This document shows, one piece after another, positions 1-12,919 of a stretch of DNA of 64,000 nt. Each line of letters starts with the position of its first letter. The stretch's first letter is position 1. The DNA lies in the NCBI GenBank assembly GCA_027923505.1, contig BROI01000010.1, positions 496,001 through 560,000 on the forward strand, written 5' to 3'. This DNA is from Mayamaea pseudoterrestris (Eukaryota). The notes beneath the pieces were generated by a model. That model was not told where the DNA came from, made no database searches, and saw nothing but the letters and a program-made list of their open reading frames with translations. Position numbers and translations under genes: made by a program.

Positions 1-3000
1 TAGGGGCGTTTGAATGTCACGGCATCTGCAGGCTGAGACTGGTGACAAGTTGTCACCAATATCATTGCCGTCCCCTGAGACACTAGCCAGGCATACCATC
101 TTGTAGCGCAGCCTGAATAATGATGTTGGCACCATTCTGGTGTCATTTGGGTGTATACATGGCCTGCTGTAGGGGCGTTTGAATGTCACGGCATCTGCAG
201 GCTGAGACTGGTGACAAGTTGTCACCAATATCATTGCCGTCCCCTGAGACACTAGCCAGGCATACCATCTTGTAGCGCAGCCTGAATAATGATGTTGGCA
301 CCATTATGGTGTCGTTTTGGGTCGTACAGGGCCTGCTGTAGGGGCGTTTGAATGTCACGGCATCTGCAGGCTGAGACTGGTGACAAGTTGTCACCAATAT
401 CATTGCCGTCCCCTGAGACACTAGCCAGGCATACCATCTTGTAGCGCAGCCTGAATAATGATGTTGGCACCATTCTGGTGTCATTTGGGTGTATACATGG
501 CCTGCTGTAGGGGCGTTTGAATGTCACGGCATCTGCAGGCTGAGACTGGTGACAAGTTGTCACCAATATCATTGCCGTCCCCTGAGACACTAGCCAGGCA
601 TACCATCTTGTTGCGCAGCCTGAATAATGATGTTGGCACCATTCTGGTGTCATTTGGGTGTATACATGGCCTGCTGTAGGGGCGTTTGAATGTCACGGCA
701 TCTGCGGGCTGAGACTGGTGACAAGTTGTCACCAATATCATTGCCGTCCCCTGAGACACTAGCCAGGCATACCATCTTGTAGCGCAGCCTGAATAATGAT
801 GTTGGCACCATTCTGGTGTCATTTGGGTGTATACATGGCCTGCTGTAGGGGCGTTTGAATGTCACGGCATCTGCAGGCTGAGACTGGTGACAAGTTGTCA
901 CCAATATCATTACCGTCCCCTGAGACACTAGCCAGGCATACCATCTTGTAGCGCAGCCTGAATAATGATGTTGGCACCATTCTGGTGTATTTTGGGCACC
1001 TACAGGGCCTGCTGTAGGGGCGTTTGAATGTCACGGCATCTGCAGGCTGAGACTGGTGACAAGTTGTCACCAATATCATTGCCGTCCCCTGAGACACTAG
1101 CCAGGCATACCATCTTGTTGCGCAGCCTGAATAATGATGTTGGCACCATTCTGGTGTCATTTGGGTGTATACATGGCCTGCTGTAGGGGCGTTTGAATGT
1201 CACGGCATCTGCAGGCTGAGACTGGTGACAAGTTGTCACCAATATCATTGCCGTCCCCTGAGACACTAGCCAGGCATACCATCTTGTTGCGCAGCCTGAA
1301 TAATGATGTTGGCACCATTCTGGTGTCATTTGGGTGTATACATGGCCTGCTGTAGGGGCGTTTGAATGTCACGGCATCTGCAGGCTGAGACTGGTGACAA
1401 GTTGTCACCAATATCATTGCCGTCCCCTGAGACACTAGCCAGGCATACCATCTTGTAGCGCAGCCTGAATAATGATGTTGGCACCATTCTGGTGTCATTT
1501 GGGTGTCTACAGGGCCTGCTGTAGGGGCGTTTGAATGTCACGGCATCTGCAGGCTGAGACTGGTGACAAGTTGTCACCAATATCATTGCCGTCCCCTGAG
1601 ACACTAGCCAGGCATACCATCTTGTAGCGCAGCCTGAATAATGATGTTGGCACCATTCTGGTGTCATTTGGGCACCTACAGGGCCTGCTGTAGGGGCGTT
1701 TGAATGTCACGGCATCTGCGGGCTGAGACTGGTGACAAGTTGTCACCAATATCATTGCCGTCCCCTGAGACACTAGCCAGGCATACCATCTTGTAGCGCA
1801 GCCTGAATAATGATGTTGGCACCATTCTGGTGACATTTGGGTATATTCATGGCCTGCTGTAGGGGCGTTTGAATGTCACGGCATCTGCAGGCTGAGACTG
1901 GTGACAAGTTGTCACCAATATCATTGCCGTCCCCTGAGACACTAGCCAGGCATACCATCTTGTAGCGCAGCCTGAATAATGATGTTGGCACCATTCTGGT
2001 GTATTTTGGGCACCTACAGGGCCTGCTGTAGGGGCGTTTGAATGTCACGGCATCTGCGGGCTGAGACTGGTGACAAGTTGTCACCAATATCATTGCTGTC
2101 CCCTGAGACACTAGCCAGGCATACCATCTTGTAGCGCAGCTTGAATAATGATGTTGGCAATTTTCTGGTGACATTTGGGTATACACATGGCCTGCTGTAG
2201 GGGCGTTTGAATGTCACGGCATCTGCAGGCTGAGACTGGTGACAAGTTGTCACCAATATCATTGCCGTCCCCTGAGACACTAGCCAGGTATACCATCTTG
2301 TTGCGCAGCCTGGATAATGATGTTGGCACAATTCTGGTGTCATTTGGGTGTATACATGGCCTGCTGTAGGGGCGTTTGAATGTCACGGCATCTGCAGGCT
2401 GAGACTGGTGACAAGTTGTCACCAATATCATTGCCGTCCCCTTAGACACTAGCCACGCATACCAGCTTGTAGCGCAGCCTGAATAATGATGTTGGCACCA
2501 TTCTGGTGTCATTTGGGTATATTCATGGCCTGCTGTAAAGGCGTTTGAATGTCACGGCATCTGAAGGCTGAGACTGGTGACAAGTTGTCACCAATATCAT
2601 TGCTGTCCCCTGAGACACTAGCCAGGCATACCATCTTGTAGCGCAGCCTGAATAATGATGATGGCACCATTCTGGTGTATTTTGGGCACCTACAGGGCCT
2701 GCTGTAGGGGCGTTTGAATGTCACGGCATCTGCAGGCTGAGACTGGTGACAAGTTGTCACCAATATCATTGCCATCCCCTGAGACACTAGCCAGGCATAC
2801 CATCTTGTTGCGCAGCCTGAATAATGATGTTGGCACCATTCTGGTGTCATTTGGGTGTATACATGGCCTGCTGTAGGGGCGTTTGAATGTCACGGCATCT
2901 GCAGGCTGAGACTGGTGACAAGTTGTCACCAATATCATTGCCGTCCCCTGAGACACTAGCCAGGCATACCATCTTGTAGCGCAGCCTGAATAATGATGTT

Positions 3001-6000
3001 GGCACCATTCTGGTGTCATCTGGGTGTATACATGGCCTGCTGTAGGGGCATTTGAATGTCACGGCATCTGCAGGCTGAGACTGGTGACAAGTTGTCACCA
3101 ATATCATTGCCGTCCCCTGAGACACTAGCCAGGCATACCATCTTGTAGCGCAGCCTGAATAATGATGTTGGCAATATTCTGGTGTCTTTTGGGTATCTAC
3201 AGGGCCTGCTGTAGGGGCGTTTGAATGTCACGGCATCTGCAGGCTGAGACTGGTGACAAGTTGTCACCAATATCATTGCCGTCCCCTGAGACACTAGCCA
3301 GGCATACCATCTTTTAGCGCAGCCTGAATAATGATGTTGGCACCATTCTGGTGTCATTTGGGCGTATACATGGCCTGCTGTAGGGGCGTTTGAATGTCAC
3401 GGCATCTGCGGGCTGAGACTGGTGACAAGTTGTCACCAATATCATTGCCGTCCCCTGAGACACTAGCCAGGCATACCATCTTGTTGCGCAGCCTGAATAA
3501 TGATGTTGGCACCATTCTGGTGTCATTTGGGTGTATACATGGCCTGCTGTAGGGGCGTTTGAATGTCACGGCATCTGCAGGCTGAGACTGGTGACAAGTT
3601 GTCACCAATATCATTGCCGTCCCCTGAGACACTAGCCAGGCATACCATCTTGTAGCGCAGCCTGAATAATGATGTTGGCACCATTCTGGTGTATTTTGGG
3701 CACCTACAGGGCTTACTGTAGGGGCGTTTGAATGTCACGGCATCTGCGGGCTGAGACTGGTGACAAGTTGTCACCAATCTCAATGCTGTCCCCTGAGACA
3801 CTAGCCAGGCATACCATCTTGTAGCGCAGCTTGAATAATGATGTTGGCAATTTTCTGGTGACATTTGGGTATACACATGGCCTGCTGTAGGGGCGTTTGA
3901 ATGCCACGGCATCTGCAGGCTGAGACTGGTGACAAGTTGTCACCAATATCATTGCCATCCCCTGAGACACTAGCCAGGTATACCATCTTGTAGCGCAGCC
4001 TGAATAATGATGTTGGCACCATTCTGGTGTCATTTGGGTGTATACATGGCCTGCTGTAGGGGCGTTTGAATGTCACGGCATCTGCAGGCTGAGACTGGTG
4101 ACAAGTTGTCACCAATATCATTGCCGTCCCCTGAGACACTAGCCAGGCATACCATCTTGTAGCGCAGCCTGAATAATGATGTTGGCACCATTCTGGTGTC
4201 ATTTGGGTGTATACATGGCCTGCTGTAAAGGCGTTTGAATGTCACGGCATCTGAAGGCTGAGACTGGTGACAAGTTGTCACCAATGTCATTGCTGTCCCC
4301 TGAGACACTAGCCAGGCATACCATCTTGTAGCGCAGCCTGAATAATGATGATGGCACCAATCTGGTGTCATTTGGGTATATTCATGGCCTGCTGTAGGGG
4401 CGTTTGAATGTCACAGCATCCGCAGGCTGAGACTGGTGACAAGTTGTCACCAATATCATTGCTGTCCCCTGAGACAATAGCTAGGCATACCATCTTGTAG
4501 CGCAGCCTGAATAATGATGTTGCCACCATTCCAGTGTCAATTGGGTGTATACATGGCCTGCTGTAGGGGCATTTGAATGTCACGGCATCTGCAGGCTGAG
4601 ACTGGTGACAAGTTGTCACCAATATCATTACCGTCCCCTGAGACACTAGCCAGGCATACCATCTTGTAGCGCAGCCTGAATAATGATGTTGGCAATATTC
4701 TGGTGTATTTTGGGCACCTACAGGGCCTGCTGTAGGGGCGTTTGAATGTCACGGCATCTGCAGGCTGAGACTGGTGACAAGTTGTCACCAATATCATTGC
4801 CGTCCCCTGAGACACTAGCCAGGCATACCATCTTGTTGCTCAGCCTGAATAATGATGTTGGCACCATTCTGGTGTCATTTGGGTGTATACATGGCCTGCT
4901 GTAAGGGCGTTTGAATGTCACGGCATCTGCAGGCTGAGACTGGTGACAAGTTGTCACCAATATCATTGCCGTCCCCTGAGACACTAGCCAGGCATACCAT
5001 CTTGTTGCGCAGCCTGAATAATGATGTTGGCACCATTCTGGTGTCATTTGGGTGTATACATGGCCTGCTGTAGGGGCGTTTGAATGTCACGGCATCTGCA
5101 GGCTGAGACTGGTGACAAGTTGTCACCAATATCATTGCCGTCCCCTGAGACACTAGCCAGGCATACCATCTTGTTGCGCAGCCTGAATAATGATGTTGGC
5201 ACCATTCTGGTGTCATTTGGGTGTATACATGGCCTGCTGTAGGGGCGTTTGAATGTCACGGCATCTGCAGGCTGAGACTGGTGACAAGTTGTCACCAATA
5301 TCATTACCGTCCCCTGAGACACTAGCCAGGCATACCATCTTGTAGCGCAGCCTGAATAATGATGTTGGCAATATTCTGGTGTCATTTTGGTGCACTACAT
5401 GGCCTGCTGTAGGGGCGTTTGAATGTCACGGCATCTGCAGGCTGAGACTGGTGACAAGTTGTCACCAATATCATTGCCGTCCCCTGAGACACTAGCCAGG
5501 CATACCATCTTGTAGCGCAGCCTGAATAATGATGTTGGCACCATTCTGGTGTCATTTGGGTGTATACATGGCCTGCTGTAGGGGCGTTTGAATGTCACGG
5601 CATCTGCGGGCTGAGACTGGTGACAAGTTGTCACCAATATCATTGCCGTCCCCTGAGACACTAGCCAGGCATACCATCTTGTAGCGCAGCCTGAATAATG
5701 ATGTTGGCACCATTCTGGTGTCATTTGGGTGTATACATGGCCTGCTGTAGGGGCGTTTGAATGTCACGGCATCTGCAGGCTGAGACTGGTGACAAGTTGT
5801 CACCAATATCATTGCCGTCTCCTGAGACACCAGCCAAGCCTACCATCTTGTAGCGCAGCCTGAATAATGATGTTGGCACCATTCTGGTGTCATTTGGGTG
5901 TATACATGGCCTGCTGTAGGGGCGTTTGAATGTCACGACATCTGCAGGCTGAGACTGGTGACAAGTTGTCACCAAATACATTGCCATGCCCTGAGACACT

Positions 6001-6250
6001 AGCCAGGCATACCATCTTGTAGCGCAGCCACAATAATAATGTTGGCACCATTCTGGTGTCATTTGGGTGTATACATGGCCTGCTGTAGGGGCGTTTGAAT
6101 GTCACGGCATCTGCAGGCTGAGACTGGTGACAAGTTGTCACCAAATACATTGCCGTCCCCTGAGACACCAGCCAAGCCTACCATCTTGTAGCGCAGCCTG
6201 AATAATGATGTTAGCACCATTCTGGTGTCATTTGGGTATATACATGGCCT
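1..6250. repeat. Satellite A, subfamily A1: 169-bp tandem monomers (~37 copies), continuing beyond the window start
   Basis: The monomer taggggcgtttgaatgtcacggcatctgcaggctgagactggtgacaagttgtcaccaatatcattgccgtcccctgagacactagcc... recurs every 169 bp, and the ORF track repeats with a 169-bp offset. Each monomer contains the palindrome TGGTGACAA-G-TTGTCACCA. Confidence 0.98.
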
Positions 6251-6252
6251 AG

Positions 6253-6268
6253 TTAGGGTTAGGGTTAG
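6253..6268 (+). repeat. Interstitial telomere-type repeat (TTAGGG)2 + TTAG at the satellite A/B junction
   Basis: The sequence reads catggcct-ag-TTAGGGTTAGGGTTAG-tgggttgttggg; the tract is in neither satellite consensus. Confidence 0.8.
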
Positions 6269-9200
6269 TGGGTTGTTGGGTGATCAGGGGACGGGACATT
6301 GTAGTGGTATGATTCATAATTGGGGGTTGCACCGATTTGCAGATGGTGTAGGCCTTCCAGGCAGTCCGTTTTGCACCATTTCAGCCCATCCTCATGTCAA
6401 TGGCACACCCTGGACATGTTTTGCCTGACTCATTGGGTTGTTGGGTGGCCAGGGCATGGGGCATTGTAGTGGTATGATTCCATAATTTGGGGTGTTGGCC
6501 ACACCCATCTTGTAGACCATTCCATGCTGTAGGCCTCCAGGCAGTCCGTTTTGTACCATGTCAGACCATCCTCATGTCAATGGCACACCCTGGACATGTT
6601 TTGCATGACTCATTGGGTTGTTGGGTGATCAGGGGATGGGGCATTGTTGTGGTATGATTCCATAATTTGGGGTGTTGGCCACACCCATTTTGCAGATGGT
6701 GTAGGCCTCCAGGCAGTCCGTTTTGCACCATTTCAGCCCATCCTCATGTCAATGGCACACCCTGGACATGTTTTGCCTGACTCATTGGGTTGTTGGGTGG
6801 CCAGGGCATGGGGCATTGTAGTGGTATGATTCCATAATTTGGGGTGTTGGCCACACCCATCTTGTAGACCATTCCATGCTGTAGGCCTCCAGGCAGTCCG
6901 TTTTGTACCATGTCAGACCATCCTCATGTCAATGGCACACCCTGGACATGTTTTGCATGACTCATTGGGTTGTTGGGTGATCAGGGGACGGGGCATTGTA
7001 GTGGTATGATTCCATAATTTGGGGTGTTGGCCACACCCATTTTGCAGATGGTGTAGGCCTCCAGGCAGTCCGTTTTGCACCATTTCAGCCCATCCTCATG
7101 TCAATGGCACACCCTGGACATGTTTTGCCTGACTCATTGGGTTGTTGGGTGGCCAGGGCATGGGGCATTGTAGTGGTATGATTCCATAATTTGGGGTGTT
7201 GGCCACACCCATCTTGTAGACCATTCCATGCTGTAGGCCTCCAGGCAGTCCGTTTTGTACCATGTCAGACCATCCTCATGTCAATGGCACACCCTGGACA
7301 TGTTTTGCATGACTCATTGGGTTGTTGGGTGATCAGGGGACGGGGCATTGTAGTGGTATGATTCCATAATTTGGGGTGTTGGCCACACCCATTTTGCAGA
7401 TGGTGTAGGCCTCCAGGCAGTCCGTTTTGCACCATTTCAGCCCATCCTCATGTCAATGGCACACCCTGGACATGTTTTGCCTGACTCATTGGGTTGTTGG
7501 GTGGCCAGGGCATGGGGCATTGTAGTGGTATGATTCCATAATTTGGGGTGTTGGCCACACCCATCTTGTAGACCATTCCATGCTGTAGGCCTCCAGGCAG
7601 TCCGTTTTGTACCATGTCAGACCATCCTCATGTCAATGGCACACCCTGGACATGTTTTGCATGACTCATTGGGTTGTTGGGTGATCAGGGGACGGGGCAT
7701 TGTAGTGGTATGATTCCATAATTTGGGGTGTTGGCCACACCCATTTTGCAGATGGTGTAGGCCTCCAGGCAGTCCGTTTTGCACCATTTCAGCCCATCCT
7801 CATGTCAATGGCACACCCTGGACATGTTTTGCCTGACTCATTGGGTTGTTGGGTGGCCAGGGCATGGGGCATTGTAGTGGTATGATTCCATAATTTGGGG
7901 TGTTGGCCACACCCATCTTGTAGACCATTCCATGCTGTAGGCCTCCAGGCAGTCCGTTTTGTACCATGTCAGACCATCCTCATGTCAATGGCACACCCTG
8001 GACATGTTTTGCATGACTCATTGGGTTGTTGGGTGATCAGGGACGGGGCATTGTAGTGGTATGATTCCATAATTTGGGGTGTTGGCCACACCCATTTTGC
8101 AGATGGTGTAGGCCTCCAGGCAGTCCGTTTTGCACCATTTCAGCCCATCCTCATGTCAATGGCACACCCTGGACATGTTTTGCCTGACTCATTGGGTTGT
8201 TGGGTGGCCAGGGCATGGGGCATTGTAGTGGTATGATTCCATAATTTGGGGTGTTGGCCACACCCATCTTGTAGACCATTCCATGCTGTAGGCCTCCAGG
8301 CAGTCCGTTTTGTACCATGTCAGACCATCCTCATGTCAATGGCACACCCTGGACATGTTTTGCATGACTCATTGGGTTGTTGGGTGATCAAGGGACGGGG
8401 CATTGTAGTGGTATGATTCCATAATTTGGGGTGTTGGCCACAACCCATTTTGCAGATGGTGTAGGCCTCCAGGCAGTCCGTTTTGCACCATTTCAGCCCA
8501 TCCTCATGTCAATGGCACACCCTGGACATGTTTTGCCTGACTCATTGGGTTGTTGGGTGGCCAGGGCATGGGGCATTGTAGTGGTATGATTCCATAATTT
8601 GGGGTGTTGGCCACACCCATCTTGTAGACCATTCCATGCTGTAGGCCTCCAGGCAGTCCGTTTTGTACCATGTGGTTGTTGGGTGGCCAGGGCATGGGGC
8701 ATTGTAGTGGTATGATTCCATAATTTGGGGTGTTGGCCACACCCATCTTGTAGACCATTCCATGCTGTAGGCCTCCAGGCAGTCCGTTTTGTACCATGTC
8801 AGACCATCCTCATGTCAATGGCACACCCTGGACATGTTTTGCATGACTCATTGGGTTGTTGGGTGATCAGGGGACGGGGCATTGTAGTGGTATGATTCCA
8901 TAATTTGGGGTGTTGGCCACACCCATTTTGCAGATGGTGTAGGCCTCCAGGCAGTCCGTTTTGCACCATTTCAGCCCATCCTCATGTCAATGGCACACCC
9001 TGGACATGTTTTGCCTGACTCATTGGGTTGTTGGGTGGCCAGGGCATGGGGCATTGTAGTGGTATGATTCCATAATTTGGGGTGTTGGCCACACCCATCT
9101 TGTAGACCATTCCATGCTGTAGGCCTCCAGGCAGTCCGTTTTGTACCATGTCAGACCATCCTCATGTCAATGGCACACCCTGGACATGTTTTGCATGACT

Positions 9201-12200
9201 CATTGGGTTGTTGGGTGATCAGGGGACGGGGCATTGTAGTGGTATGATTCCATAATTTGGGGTGTTGGCCACACCCATTTTGCAGATGGTGTAGGCCTCC
9301 AGGCAGTCCGTTTTGCACCATTTCAGCCCATCCTCATGTCAATGGCACACCCTGGACATGTTTTGCCTGACTCATTGGGTTGTTGGGTGGCCAGGGCATG
9401 GGGCATTGTAGTGGTATGATTCCATAATTTGGGGTGTTGGCCACACCCATCTTGTAGACCATTCCATGCTGTAGGCCTCCAGGCAGTCCGTTTTGTACCA
9501 TGTCAGACCATCCTCATGTCAATGGCACACCCTGGACATGTTTTGCATGACTCATTGGGTTGTTGGGTGATCAGGGACGGGGCATTGTAGTGGTATGATT
9601 CCATAATTTGGGGTGTTGGCCACACCCATTTTGCAGATGGTGTAGGCCTCCAGGCAGTCCGTTTTGCACCATTTCAGCCCATCCTCATGTCAATGGCACA
9701 CCCTGGACATGTTTTGCCTGACTCATTGGGTTGTTGGGTGGCCAGGGCATGGGGCATTGTAGTGGTATGATTCCATAATTTGGGGTGTTGGCCACACCCA
9801 TCTTGTAGACCATTCCATGCTGTAGGCCTCCAGGCAGTCCGTTTTGTACCATGTCAGACCATCCTCATGTCAATGGCACACCCTGGACATGTTTTGCATG
9901 ACTCATTGGGTTGTTGGGTGATCAAGGGACGGGGCATTGTAGTGGTATGATTCCATAATTTGGGGTGTTGGCCACAACCCATTTTGCAGATGGTGTAGGC
10001 CTCCAGGCAGTCCGTTTTGCACCATTTCAGCCCATCCTCATGTCAATGGCACACCCTGGACATGTTTTGCCTGACTCATTGGGTTGTTGGGTGGCCAGGG
10101 CATGGGGCATTGTAGTGGTATGATTCCATAATTTGGGGTGTTGGCCACACCCATCTTGTAGACCATTCCATGCTGTAGGCCTCCAGGCAGTCCGTTTTGT
10201 ACCATGTCAGACCATCCTCATGTCAATGGCACACCCTGGACATGTTTTGCATGACTCATTGGGTTGTTGGGTGATCAGGGGACGGGGCATTGTAGTGGTA
10301 TGATTCCATAATTTGGGGTGTTGGCCACACCCATTTTGCAGATGGTGTAGGCCTCCAGGCAGTCCGTTTTGCACCATTTCAGCCCATCCTCATGTCAATG
10401 GCACACCCTGGACATGTTTTGCCTGACTCATTGGGTTGTTGGGTGGCCAGGGCATGGGGCATTGTAGTGGTATGATTCCATAATTTGGGGTGTTGGCCAC
10501 ACCCATCTTGTAGACCATTCCATGCTGTAGGCCTCCAGGCAGTCCGTTTTGTACCATGTCAGACCATCCTCATGTCAATGGCACACCCTGGACATGTTTT
10601 GCATGACTCATTGGGTTGTTGGGTGATCAGGGAACGGGGCATTGTAGTGGTATGATTCCATAATTTGGGGTGTTGGCCACACCCATTTTGCAGATGGTGT
10701 AGGCCTCCAGGCAGTCCGTTTTGCACCATTTCAGCCCATCCTCATGTCAATGGCACACCCTGGACATGTTTTGCCTGACTCATTGGGTTGTTGGGTGGCC
10801 AGGGCATGGGGCATTGTAGTGGTATGATTCCATAATTTGGGGTGTTGGCCACACCCATCTTGTAGACCATTCCATGCTGTAGGCCTCCAGGCAGTCCGTT
10901 TTGTACCATGTCAGACCATCCTCATGTCAATGGCACACCCTGGACATGTTTTGCATGACTCATTGGGTTGTTGGGTGATCAGGGGACGGGGCATTGTAGT
11001 GGTATGATTCCATAATTTGGGGTGTTGGCCACACCCATTTTGCAGATGGTGTAGGCCTCCAGGCAGTCCGTTTTGCACCATTTCAGCCCATCCTCATGTC
11101 AATGGCACACCCTGGACATGTTTTGCCTGACTCATTGGGTTGTTGGGTGGCCAGGGCATGGGGCATTGTAGTGGTATGATTCCATAATTTGGGGTGTTGG
11201 CCACACCCATCTTGTAGACCATTCCATGCTGTAGGCCTCCAGGCAGTCCGTTTTGTACCATGTCAGACCATCCTCATGTCAATGGCACACCCTGGACATG
11301 TTTTGCATGACTCATTGGGTTGTTGGGTGATCAGGGGACGGGGCATTGTAGTGGTATGATTCCATAATTTGGGGTGTTGGCCACACCCATTTTGCAGATG
11401 GTGTAGGCCTCCAGGCAGTCCGTTTTGCACCATTTCAGCCCATCCTCATGTCAATGGCACACCCTGGACATGTTTTGCCTGACTCATTGGGTTGTTGGGT
11501 GGCCAGGGCATGGGGCATTGTAGTGGTATGATTCCATAATTTGGGGTGTTGGCCACACCCATCTTGTAGACCATTCCATGCTGTAGGCCTCCAGGCAGTC
11601 CGTTTTGTACCATGTCAGACCATCCTCATGTCAATGGCACACCCTGGACATGTTTTGCATGACTCATTGGGTTGTTGGGTGATCAGGGGACGGGGCATTG
11701 TAGTGGTATGATTCCATAATTTGGGGTGTTGGCCACACCCATTTTGCAGATGGTGTAGGCCTCCAGGCAGTCCGTTTTGCACCATTTCAGCCCATCCTCA
11801 TGTCAATGGCACACCCTGGACATGTTTTGCCTGACTCATTGGGTTGTTGGGTGGCCAGGGCATGGGGCATTGTAGTGGTATGATTCCATAATTTGGGGTG
11901 TTGGCCACACCCATCTTGTAGACCATTCCATGCTGTAGGCCTCCAGGCAGTCCGTTTTGTACCATGTCAGACCATCCTCATGTCAATGGCACACCCTGGA
12001 CATGTTTTGCATGACTCATTGGGTTGTTGGGTGATCAGGGGACGGGGCATTGTAGTGGTATGATTCCATAATTTGGGGTGTTGGCCACACCCATTTTGCA
12101 GATGGTGTAGGCCTCCAGGCAGTCCGTTTTGCACCATTTCAGCCCATCCTCATGTCAATGGCACACCCTGGACATGTTTTGCCTGACTCATTGGGTTGTT

Positions 12201-12919
12201 GGGTGGCCAGGGCATGGGGCATTGTAGTGGTATGATTCCATAATTTGGGGTGTTGGCCACACCCATCTTGTAGACCATTCCATGCTGTAGGCCTCCAGGC
12301 AGTCCGTTTTTTTACCATGTCAGACCATCCTCATGTCAATGGCACACCCTGGACATGTTTTGCATGACTCATTGGGTTGTTGGGTGATCAGGGGACGGGG
12401 CATTGTAGTGGTATGATTCCATAATTTGGGGTGTTGGCCACACCCATTTTGCAGATGGTGTAGGCCTCCAGGCAGTCCGTTTTGCACCATTTCAGCCCAT
12501 CCTCATGTCAATGGCACACCCTGGACATGTTTTGCCTGACTCATTGGGTTGTTGGGTGGCCAGGGCATGGGGCATTGTAGTGGTATGATTCCATAATTTG
12601 GGGTGTTGGCCACACCCATCTTGTAGACCATTCCATGCTGTAGGCCTCCAGGCAGTCCGTTTTGTACCATGTCAGACCATCCTCATGTCAATGGCACACC
12701 CTGGACATGTTTTGCATGACTCATTGGGTTGTTGGGTGATCAGGGGACGGGGCATTGTAGTGGTATGATTCCATAATTTGGGGTGTTGGCCACACCCATT
12801 TTGCAGATGGTGTAGGCCTCCAGGCAGTCCGTTTGCACCATTTCAGTCCATCCTCATGTCAATGGCACACCCTGGACATGTTTTGCCTGACTCATTGGGT
12901 TGTTGGGTGGCCAGGGCAT
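6269..12919. repeat. Satellite B: 352-bp dimer of related 172-bp and 180-bp monomers (~19 dimers), G-tracts on the + strand
   Basis: The anchor cattgggttgttggg occurs at 6431, 6611, 6783, 6963, 7135 (alternating 180/172). The first unit is degenerate. The array ends ccagggcat|caccaatatc, where satellite A resumes. Confidence 0.97.

Noticed and set aside
1..6250. CRISPR-like array (palindromic repeat at regular spacing)
   Set aside because: The sequence between palindromes is itself repeated rather than unique spacers; there are no cas genes and the context is eukaryotic.
1..12919. Hammerhead ribozyme/retrozyme, 5S rRNA or tRNA tandem array
   Set aside because: I found no CTGAnGA...GAAA core on either strand of A or B by eye, and no 5S or tRNA A/B-box structure. 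An Infernal/Rfam scan would be definitive.
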